A DNA stretch of 57,677 bases, the filler included, from Sluysia triapertura (lineage: Eukaryota): NCBI GenBank assembly GCA_046118255.1. It is 4 parts of 4 records of this genome, joined end to end, with 100 filler letters (N's around TTAATTAATTAA, not from the genome) between each part and the next. Parts side by side here need not be neighbours in the genome. Positions count along the whole stretch, not along the records: positions 34,600 to 46,136 come from JBJNIA010183568.1; positions 46,237 to 57,677 come from JBJNIA010184724.1; 2 more parts are not named here. One strand, written 5' to 3'. Made by a program: the position numbers and the translations under genes. The notes beneath the pieces are model-generated. The model was not told the DNA's origin and did not search any database. It saw only the letters and a list, made by a program, of their open reading frames with translations. Of this stretch, positions 39,301 through 50,299 are shown piece by piece (position 1 is the first letter of the stretch; every line of letters begins with the position of its first letter).

Positions 39301-39830
39301 ATCAGCACAAATAATTTTCAATTCAAAAAGAGATCATTGCCGTATCTCAAATGTAAACTAAAATTCACTGAAAATAATATACTGTTAACAGCAATATTAT
39401 TAATGAGCCCAATTGTCTACGTAAATATAAATTTCTAATTATATTCAACTTTTTCGCAATAGATGAAGAAAATGTTCATTGTAATTGACTAGTGAAAATT
39501 GTCTGTTAATATAATATGATGCTTAAAGTTATTTTTATGTATGATATGATATTAATGAAATTGAAATTTTTAACTTGTTGTACTGTAGAATTAGATACTA
39601 ATTTAGTCCCAACAGGTAAGTGATGGTAAATAGATTTATGAAATAATAAAAGTGATTAATCAAAATCAATTAAGTAAATTGATTAAATACAATAACAAAA
39701 ATAAGTAAATTCAAACTGATTTTGATAATTACAATCTAGAGAATTATGTCTTCAGTTATGTTTCTTCAATAAAAATTTTTGTTTTAATTACTTCCAAGAG
39801 ATATATATCAAAATGTATCTTTTGCATGTA

Positions 39831-41030
39831 AGGTGGACGACAGATATATAACAACAGTAGTTTTTTTTATGCATCTCATTTAATAATTGTTGAAAAATTA
39901 TTTTAAAAATAATATAATTTATTAATGATTATACACTTTAATTTGATTATGACAAAAATATTTAATTATCACATAAACGACATTTAATTAAAAAAGTAAT
40001 TTTAGGGTATGACAAAAATATAACAACACTTAGTTTACTAATTAATTAACTTTAAAATTAAAATTTTTAATAGCCAATAAAGTCACCATTCTTCTTTAAG
40101 ACTTCAATAATTCTTTTAGGCATTGAGCTAACTATACTTTTCATTTCCTCAAGGCTGATTTCTTCCCAATCAGAAAGAATGGCTGCTTTCAAATCCTTTA
40201 CATTGTCAACTTGGCGTCAATTCCGGTAAACCTTCTGAACGAGTAAACCCAGAGGTTCTCAATGGGGTTTAAGTCAGGGCTACAAGATGGCCAACTCAAA
40301 ATCCGAAATTGGTTATCTTCACACCATGTAGTTCCATTCCAACCAAATGCTGCCAAAACCATCACCGAACCACCTCCGAATCCACGTTTTTGAAGTACTC
40401 CGGACTCTTCCTCAGTCATGCTAGTAAAACTGGCATCCGCAGAGATTAAATTTTTTCTCGTCACTGAATATAATTTGATGCCATTTTAAAATCCATGATA
40501 TGTATAATTGTGCCCAGATGACGCGTGCCGACTTGTGTGCTGCTGTGAGTTCTGGTTTGGGCTTCCTCTTCTCATATCTTAAGTGTTGGAAATTGCATAC
40601 AACCCTTTGGACAGTTTTATTGAACAAGGAAGCTGGTGGACCAATTTAATCTGTTTTGGAGACATCACGAAGAATGCTCCTTTTGTCTCTCGATGTCACC
40701 TTTGGTTTCCACCCTCTTCTTATTTTATTTGTCAAAATTTTTTAATTAAATATATAATAACTAACAAAAAATTATTTAAATAGAATAGATTAAATAAAAT
40801 TAATTACCTTTGATTGACTAAAATTGACTAATTAATTAATGTATTAAATTTTAGAATGGTGTTGTTACAATTTGTCACACGTAAAAATCACAGTAATTAG
40901 GTATTTATTTTAATAATATTTTAATTGTTTTCATAAATGCTTCTAATAATAACATCAGAAATAAATATCATTAATAATTAATTAAAATAAAATAAAAAAA
41001 CTACCGTTGTTATATATCTGTCATCCACCT
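39831..41030 (-). mobile_element. Tc1/Tc3-like transposon, both TIRs present, transposase internally deleted
   Basis: TA|AGGTGGACGACAGATATATAACAACAGTAGTTTTTT ... AAAAAACTACCGTTGTTATATATCTGTCATCCACCT|TA. Motifs IIFSDEKKFNL, GGGSVMV.AAF and WPSCSPDLNPIENLW; the QQDNA (second Asp) segment is missing. Confidence 0.96.
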
Positions 41031-41224
41031 TATTTATCAGCCAATCATAATTCTGGAATTTTTGATTTCTATTTTAGAAAAAATTATTTTCTTTTATAGA
41101 AAATCATTTTCACTTTTAAATAAAGTGCTTATTTATTTTATCATTATCATTATTATTATAATTACTATAAAATTATAATTATAAAAAAATTTTAATGCAA
41201 ATTATAATCATTTAAAAAGCAAAA

Positions 41225-41568
41225 CTAGCATTGTTCTGCCACACTGGTAGGAGATATATTCAAAATATTTGATGTATTATACTGAGGATTTTGTTGTAAA
41301 TATCGCTTGTTTGGAGGTAATGGTGATTTGCGTTCTGTAGCACATTCTTGTTTGCTAAAGTTTTCGGCGACAGCGGCTAAAAGATCAAGACCGGCAATTG
41401 GTGGCACAGAGGTATCTGGTTCGGCATTGGTACTAGTAGTAGTACTTGTACTAGTATTAATAGCAGGAGTAGTTGTAGTAATGGTAATAGTACTGGTGGG
41501 GCTGCTGGCTTTGTTGGGGGTAGTAGTAATTGATGGAGATATTGTTGAAATAGCCGGTAGTATATTTG
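41225..41568 (-). CDS. cic: Capicua-like gene, terminal exon (Thr/Ser-rich; GLDLLAAVAE motif)
   Basis: AG acceptor (plus CT 41569-41570) after an ATT tract; phase 1 matches the preceding donor; open to TAG at 41225. Confidence 0.72.
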
Positions 41569-41573
41569 CTTTA

Positions 41574-41626
<53 letters not shown>

Positions 41627-41654
41627 TTAACTTGTTATTTACCTTGGAACTTTA

Positions 41655-41883
41655 CCCTTGCGGAGGTCGCGGTCGAAAAATTACAAAAATTACAATCAAA
41701 TGTCACACATCTGCACATAACACGTGTCACACTAAACTAACCGCAAAACCAGAGTAGCTTCTCATTAGTAACATACGCATGCCTAGCTAGATACGACCTT
41801 CAAGCAATACGCCGAATATAAACAAGAGTATTTAAAAAAGAAATTTGCTTGTATCTATTAGATCAGCCGCATCCTCCGCAGGG
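41655..41883. mobile_element. piggyBac-type MITE in cic intron
   Basis: ttta|CCCTTGCGGAGGTCGCGG ... CCGCATCCTCCGCAGGG|TTAA; about 17-bp imperfect TIR. Confidence 0.8.
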
Positions 41884-44614
41884 TTAATATACGATAATAA
41901 AAAATATTGGTTTTAATAGTTTAAAAGTTAGTGTGCTTTCAAACGACTATTTCAGATTGATTGGTGTTGCCAAATAAATCTGACTAAAAAATTTATAATG
42001 TTAGTATTTTATTTTCGTTAATATTTACATAAAAAATATTCTCTTTTTGTGAAAATGTGCCATTGTAATTGAAATTAATATTTAATCCAATAATAAGTTT
42101 CATAATGAAAAATTTTACAAGATGTATTTAGTATGATATATATGACGAATATAAGCTCAAGGTATCTGCATGATACAAAAAACAATTTTCAAATATTTCT
42201 TCAAACAACCAAATGCGCGGTGCAAGTAAATGTGGTGTGCACCGCACAAACAACTAATGCTTTTCACTTTCTGTACTAGGTATTCACATAATGAGAGATC
42301 TATTGATGTAGTTGTTACTTTCGGCCTTGCTGGGGAACTTGAATTTTAGATACTCAAACATTTCACTCAATTATAATATAAAGTGAAAGAATATTATTAA
42401 AGCATTAAAAGATGTTGGAATCTATGGTCACCTGATATTTTATGCATTCTTTGATTTGATAAAGAGTCACATCATTTTACAGACACATACATGTTTGTCA
42501 TGCGAAATATAATCCCAGTTTTATTCGTGACGAAATATCCTCAAAAAATTATTGATATAGATTGAAAACTAGGTATAATAGAGAGAAAGTGAACAGGACG
42601 ATCTTGAATGTGAATTAGTAAGAAATTATGTAAAAACAAATTTTCTCCGATGAAAAGATTTATCAACTTCAATGATAATAAAATAGCTGATGATTCCTTC
42701 GAAGATTACACAATTAAACCTGTATCATCTTTTAAATAAATAGTTTTAAAAATTTGGTTTTTATAAAAACATTAATGTTAACGAACAAACGTTGAATATT
42801 TTGGACATACAAATAAAACCGTTTTTGGAAAACAATCAAATTTGGATTTAAAATTAAGTTGAAGTTTCTTCATCTGGTTTTTGTTGGCATTAAGACATTG
42901 TGAAAAAACAATATTAAAAGATTGTTACTGCAAGCAACTGAGTTCATTTAAAATACCAGTAATTATGTCTTTCAGAAAGTTATTGGGACAATATAACACT
43001 AATTAAAAAGTTCTATCTTGAAGTGTATATGAACAGTGTGTATAGGTGAATGAAATATATGTGAATTAATTAAGTATGAAGATAATGCTATTAGAGGAAA
43101 CAATCATCAATATCCAAAACTTTAATCCAATATTGTAAGAATCTACATCGAGATATGAAAGTGGTATTGATCATACTTTACAAACCAACACGTCTAACAG
43201 CTTTCTTATGTTCAAAATCGTGCACTTGACCAGCCAGGACAATTGTTTTCAGCTTGACGGTCAATCACTCCACGAGTTATGATTTTACCGACATTTGGTA
43301 ATTGAAATAGAAATTCCAAAGTGATACCGGGAATAATGTGCATAATGTGCATATGACCAACCAATGGCATATAACGATTACTGATTGGTACTAAATTGTG
43401 TCTAGGTTTCTGTACTTTAAGTCCACAATTTCAAAATTGTACTACTAAATTTGGTGAATTTATCTTCAAAAACATTTTAAGTTCATTTTTGTCACTATTT
43501 AAACTTGACATTTCAAAATCTACTGAAATTTAATTAACAATGTAATTAATCATGTTATTTATATTATTACATATGTCGTTCGTAGAAATTGTGACTTCGA
43601 AATAAATGAGTAGATTTAATAATTATGATATTAACCGATATTTATTTCATATTACTGAATCAATTAATATTAATATTGAATATTTTAATATTAGATTGCT
43701 CAGTACGAAATGGATACCATTTTTATTTACGATTGCTGTTTATAACATACCAGAGAAGCTATGTAGCCAAATAATGATAATACCTAGCAAAACACGATAC
43801 GTGAAAAATGAATTCTGAAAATTTTGAGATGAGACTAGAGAAATCAATTTTTAGAATGAGACGAAATGTAAATTAACCTTTACTATTTATTTGAACCTGT
43901 CATAGTAAAAAAATTTATAAACGTTACAAAATATGTTTCAATTTTTTAAAATTTTGTAAATTTTTACCTTTTATGAAATTATTTAAATGTAGTTCCGATA
44001 TGAATGATTAATATTGAGTTTTAATGAGGCATTTTTGAAACATGGCATCACACATTTTCTAGTTACAATTACTATGGAAATATTTAACTATTTATTATGT
44101 ATTTTAGTGACTTAATTAGAACCATAGACAACCAAATTAATTTCAACACTATGTTGCATGTGAAATGCGGTTCTCTCATAATGAAAAGCTGAGACTATCT
44201 CTAATTCTGACATTTTTGACATTAAATTCATGCTGTATCTATTTATGCATTTTCTTTATGTGGATGGAAAGAGTTTATTACAAAACTTGAAATTCGAATC
44301 TTCTCGAATAGACGAATATCCTGGTTATTAATTTTGAACCACAATTTCAGATTGTACCTGAATCCAGTTTCCAAATCAAATCTAATCTGTCTAATTCTTT
44401 GAAGTATTAAAATAATCATTTTATGTTAAACAGACACACAGAAATTATATCTTTCATTATTAGTATACAGTAAGTAATAATTTATTTGATAAATGGTTCA
44501 TTCGCATACATTTATATATTTGAAATACAATTGTAATTGTAAAAAAATTAATTTATGGAGATGTTAAATAATATAAATATCGCAATAGTTGAATTTAATA
44601 GAAATATATTATAC

Positions 44615-44810
44615 TTGTATTTGTAGAGGTACTGATGAGGACAGTATTCGAGGTAATAGTATCGGAAACACAAGATAATTTTGAAAGGCTGCTTTCGTGT
44701 AAATTGCTACGATTATTTATGTTGCTGCTAGTAGAATTATTGGCACTACTGGTAGATTTTATGGATGACCACTTCCAATTTGGATGATGACTGAAATGTG
44801 CGTCTTTAAG
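44615..44810 (-). CDS. cic: Capicua-like gene, exon completing the HMG box
   Basis: AG acceptor (plus 44811-44812), phase 0, encodes LKDAHFSHHPNWKWSS... (CIC: VKEAHFKAHPDWKWC); 196 nt; phase-1 GT donor (plus 44613-44614). Confidence 0.9.
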
Positions 44811-45316
44811 CTAAATTAACATTATTAATAATTTTATACTAATTACTATTATAAATAGATAATGTATAAAAATTTTGTGATTGTGCAATAATCTTATTAA
44901 TTTTAGGAAAATCTACTTCTGTTCAATAATTGATAATCATCAAAGAAAATTATGTTTTTGGTAGTTTGCTTTATTTGTTTTGCCAGGATTAATTTTATAA
45001 AAATATAATCTAAAATTATAAAACATCTTAATAATTTTAAAAATAAAATTATTTGCAAAAAATGTCTTAGTAATTTTAAAAAAGTCTGGCTTGATATTCT
45101 TTAATGGATATGTTGTTTCGCCGTCTTTCTATAAGCTTAACATTTTCTGCGAGTCAATACTTTTTAAATTATTTTTTAAAACACAACTACAATTTTTACA
45201 TACAATTCAGCTTTTTCCATTGTGAAAGATTTTTCAGAAATTGACAAAGAAGTTCAGCATTATTTATTATTCTCAATTTACTTGGAAAAAGAAATTATAT
45301 ATAAAGTCATAGGAAC

Positions 45317-45798
45317 CTGTTTAGCTAATTTCTGATAATCAGCTTTCTCTGCATTACTCATCTGATACCACCACTCTCCAAGTATCTGACTAACTGCTCG
45401 GTTATCCTTGTTGGGATTTTGACGATGAACCTCAGATCGGTGACGCATTGAAAAAATCATAAATGCATTCATTGGTCTTCGAATTCGTGTAGATTTAGGA
45501 CATGATTTCACCTTGTGGTTGAATGATACTGACGATGAGGTAGAAATAAGTGCGGTTGAAGTGGTTGGATTAGTTAATGTTGTAACTACTACCGCAGTCG
45601 TTTTATTAGGTGTTACTGTTATTACTGAAGATTCCGATTCTTTTATGATCTTATATTGATCCGAAATTGAATCCTTTGATTCAATTGATTCGGGTTTGGT
45701 TCCTTTCCCATCCTCTACTTCTTCAGTTGCACGAGATAATTTAGGCGGTTCTAAAGAATCTAAATCATCTTTGACTTCACATTCTTCTACATAAATAC
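45317..45798 (-). CDS. cic: Capicua-like gene, HMG-box exon
   Basis: [40 protein letters not shown] matches [43 protein letters not shown] better than BBX or SOX. ttcAG acceptor at 45800-45799, phase-0 donor after ...AKQ. Upstream exon(s) not located. Confidence 0.93.
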
Positions 45799-46059
45799 CT
45801 GAAAGAAAGTATTTTTTTACAAATTATTTTCAGTTTAAAAATTATGATTTGCATATTACTACAAAATAGCAACATATAAATGTATTTTTTATTGATTTAA
45901 AATAATCCATAATTATTTTTCACGTTAATCCTTATACAAGCATCCAAAATAATTCTTCGTGCACAAATATGTATGATAATGTAATGGTAACAATATATCA
46001 ACTGATTGAAGTGAAACTTCATAATTACACATTTCTGCAACTTTTTACTCAGTTATATC

Positions 46060-46136
46060 TTAACCCTTTGAGTGCCAGGAGCGCGATCGCGCTTGTTCGT
46101 TATTTTCACTTATTATGTTGAAATTATAATATATTA
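46060..46136. mobile_element. piggyBac-type left end running into the gap
   Basis: TTAA|CCCTTTGAGTGCC followed by the palindrome AGCGCGATCGCGCT. Confidence 0.65.
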
Positions 46137-46236
46137 NNNNNNNNNNNNNNNNNNNNNNNNNNNNNNNNNNNNNNNNNNNNTTAATTAATTAANNNNNNNN
46201 NNNNNNNNNNNNNNNNNNNNNNNNNNNNNNNNNNNN
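46137..46236. other. Assembly gap with TTAATTAATTAA linker
   Basis: Same 100-nt construct as 16788-16887. Confidence 0.97.
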
Positions 46237-46709
46237 TTAACAATACAATTAATATTTTCTTCCATGTTCATTTTTGAATCCATATAACAACCTATATTTC
46301 GTACTATTTGTTTAGCATCTAGTGAAAAGAAAAATATTTCAATAAAAAACACTTTAAAAGAAATATTTTAATAATAATAGTTTGTTTTATAATAATTTAA
46401 TAAGATACAATGAAATAATTAATTAAAGTATTTCCTAAAAATCTTTCCGCTTCAATTTTATGTAAAATTATAATCCCGAAGCTAAAATCAAAGATTAATT
46501 TTCCATTACACCTAGTGACGTAATATGCCGTTACTAAAGTATGAAAAATTTAATATTTTCAATTTCGATAATTTCATTAATCATTTGAATGCAAAATATA
46601 ATTATTTAGATAAGGAAAATGTTTCAGGTTGTGTAGTTGTGACATTTCTGTATTTATTACTTTTGTTTTAATTAATCTGTAATAATGATAATAATTGATA
46701 AAATAAATT

Positions 46710-46946
46710 TGACTAATGGATATTGATTCTCAATACAGAGTTAATGGATACAATATTAATGGAATTTTGATAATTCTTCGTAATGGATTTTCGATTTTTA
46801 AATATTAATTGCTTAATGGATAATAATGGATCTATTTAATTTTTTAATAATTACTTAATGGATAATTTTTTAAATTTCATAATAGATTTTTAATAATAAT
46901 AATTAAAAATAATTTTTATTTGATTAATGATATTGCTAATGGATTT
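46710..46946. repeat. Degenerate array of TAATGGAT motifs
   Basis: About 8 copies of TAATGGA(T) with irregular spacing. Confidence 0.7.
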
Positions 46947-48399
46947 TGTCTACAGCAATTAATTAATCTTCCAGTATAAAATAAAAGCAATGATTCATGG
47001 AAGAAGATTTAAAAAAAACTTAGTCGTTTTAATTGCGAACGCTGATTCAAGGAAAGAAAAGTTATTATCAATAGGAATTTCTCGTCTATTGTGTCCATTA
47101 ACCGTAAGCTTTTTATATGTAAGTTTTATACCTCATTTTCGTGAGGTACAATTTAGGCTGGATTATGCTAGTTATAACTTTCATTTTAAATTCATTTATC
47201 CTTTCACTATAAATAAAGTTCTAGCGGCATGATATTTTATTATTTATTAATGATGTATTGAAAATTATTTTTGTGATTTATTAATATTGTCTTGACGTTA
47301 TATATTGGTGTAATAAATCTTAACGACTTTTCTTAGTTAACTGGTCTTTTAAAGCATTAGTAACTTGATTTTGATTCAATAAAAAGTAAGTTAACAGCTC
47401 ATTAATAAAAGAAATATAAAAATTGATATTTCAATAAATTCCTAAAGGTGCTTCCTTTTGCATAAAAGATAAACCGTATACGACAGGTGAACCCGATTAA
47501 GTAATTTTGCGTAAGAGTTCGATTTATAAATAAAAGTTCTAGCAAGTGTAAATGTAATAAGAAATTACTAATAATAAACTAAAACAATTCAAGATCCTAT
47601 ATAAAATACGAAGGAATTTCGCTGACTTAAATCATTTTTATCGTTTTTGCATCCTCATTCTTTCGCTGACACCTATGAGTTGGTCCTTAATTGTGTAAGC
47701 CCAACATCATAAGGGACTCACAATATAAAATTTGAAATAAAACAAAGTCAAAGTTAATTCTCACATAAAATAACAATTACTAAAACAACAATATAAAGGA
47801 CTCACAAGAAAAATAAATAAATCTTTATTAGCATATAAATTCTGTCAGGAGCGATTCATTACAGTCGACATCCTAAATCGGTCTTCTATAAAAGGTATTT
47901 GTAGCAGCTCTATCAATTTATGGACAATTAACTTTGAATTATTTTTATCTTATCAAATGTCTCTGTAATCATAAGTTAATTGTTAATAAGTTTAAACTTT
48001 GATAATCTTAGTCTCAAAATATTACTCCTGGCTCAATTTACTTTTTATAAAATCATCTAAAATAATTAAGGAGAAAAACTCTAGTTTTAATTTTATCTAT
48101 GTTTCCGTATAAATTTTTAACTTGTAGTGATTAATCATAGTATTTATTTATTTATTTAATAAATAATAAAGAATTTAATGATTAATAAAGAAGGTTGAAC
48201 GTTATTCAAACATTTAGAAAATTTAATAATTCATAAGCACATAAAATAAACAGTCTGATTCATAAGCATTGATTTAAGGACCCATGACTAATTTATACAA
48301 TACCTGTATTATTATTACAAATGAACCCATAATAATAAGGTTCATATTTACTAGTGATTAAACAGAGATAAATGCCACAGCATATTATATAAACGAGAA

Positions 48400-49600
48400 G
48401 AAATTATGAATCTTTTGGTTGTCAATCTCAATTCAGATGTCTCTTTCCACTGACTTGATCGAAATGCCTGAGCTGGCAAAATTGTTTTGCTATCACTTTC
48501 ATATATCGTGAAAACGATATTTTCTTTTTCCTATAAAAAAGAAAATGAAAATGAACCAACAATGTTAAACTTGTCGAAATCCGACAAGGAACAACCAAAT
48601 ACATTCTTCAAATATAAAATAAACATAAATGGCAGAATCTAATTATATTCGTTGCCAACGCGGTCTATAGACAAATGTGAAATCCAAATGGAGAATATTC
48701 CAGCTACTTGAAATAAATTAAATATCAAGGCATACGAAATGAACAATCTTCTTGAAGACCCATAACACGGTAATGGATATTTAATTATTTGCTAAAATAC
48801 TTAATTTAGGTCTTTTATAATGTTTTCAAATAGGAAATCTATTGAGCATGCATCAGGAAGGAATTAATAGAAGTGACGGTTGTACTGAACCCAATTTTTT
48901 GCTGAGAACTTTGAATGAACTTAAGAATTGTAGGAAAAAATCCAAGCAATGAATACATATTGCTTTATTAGACTTGGCTAACGTCTTTTGATCTGTTTCT
49001 CACAATCTACTGTAGTTTTTCTTAGAAAATATTAAATCAATCTCTGCATTGATCCATTAATAATCACTGAAAATGGAATTTCCATATTCTTTGGCATATT
49101 CTCACATCGAAACATAACCAAAGATGTAAAATATGTACATGAATGTATTAAAATAACATTAATTTATTGCTAATTTAGCTCCATAAATCGAAGCTAATCT
49201 TGAAAATATTCTAAGCACGAAGGAGATTGTCAGAATATATCTACTAACAAATTGCTGATGAAAATATTAAACACATCTTCAATCTATATTCCAGAAATAA
49301 ACTGGACAGAATTATGATGCGTCATAAAATACTTCGAATAACAAGCAGAAAATGATTCCACATCAATGCCGACTCTCCAATATCACCAGACAATGTGTGA
49401 TGACCAAGAGTCACTACTTCGGACAGATATAAAGAGTTGACATCAGAATAACATTTGTCATAGAAAACTTCGAAATAAATATTCGGATTTACTGAATAAA
49501 ATGAACTCATAACATGTTACTTGGGTCCGTGAAATTCTAGAGAAAAGCAATTCATTGATCATACGCGATCAAACAACCGCACATAACATAACATATACTT
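48400..49600 (+). mobile_element. Highly degraded NeSL/Utopia-like non-LTR remnant
   Basis: ENIPAT* (IPxxW) at about 48690 and LLDLANVF*SVSHNL at about 48965, with nucleotide similarity to 24043-24080. A related aatctaatt...atattccagctactt fragment recurs at about 55915-55942. Confidence 0.7.
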
Positions 49601-50299
49601 GTCAAAACGACGATATAAAAAATTTAGTTTTTGTTTCAATAAGTTGTTAATGACGATCCGAAAAATTCTTTTGACATTGTTTGATTTAGAGAATTTGTCA
49701 TTATTGTTATGTAGTCTATAAATATCACTTAATTTTAATTCTAAAATAAAAATCGATATTTATTTTATTTTATTTTCTAACATGAATCAAATTCAATTAG
49801 AAATATTGCTTTTCTATATATATATATTATATTGTATATATTACATGGATACATAAAACCTCATTTATTTTTTAATAACAATTTCATTGTTACATAATTA
49901 TTTTTTTCAATATTTGTATAATTTTACATTTTAATTAATTTAATTTGAAAAATATCATTAATGTGTTTTTGACTAAAAACTAAAAATTTAACTTTTTTGT
50001 CTAATATCGACAGTTCATCATCATCGAATAAAATCAATTTAAACATTAAACAAATCATTTAATAATTTATAACTATCATATTATAGTCTACAAATTTGTT
50101 TTATTTATAGATTAATTATAATGGATAAATAATAATAAACTTTACTCTTTTTGTTTTAAAAAATATTTTATTATAAAGTTTTAATTTTATTAGGTTCCAC
50201 TGAATTATTTATTATAAAATAATAATAAATATTATTATTATAATATTATTATTATTATAATAACTTCACATTAATTCTATTAATTGGTTTATAATTAAT

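Noticed and set aside
41307-41630. 107-aa Val-rich plus-strand ORF
   Set aside because: Antisense shadow of the Thr-rich cic exon plus an AAT repeat.
42230-43300. Possible decayed coding region (LWSPDIL; DID*KLGII...TGRS, kinase-like or Cys-loop-like words)
   Set aside because: Too fragmentary; the motifs point to different families and cannot be supported without a search.
46710-46946. Repeat-spacer-like TAATGGAT array (CRISPR-like)
   Set aside because: Repeat is only 7-8 bp, spacing is irregular, the context is eukaryotic and no cas genes are present.
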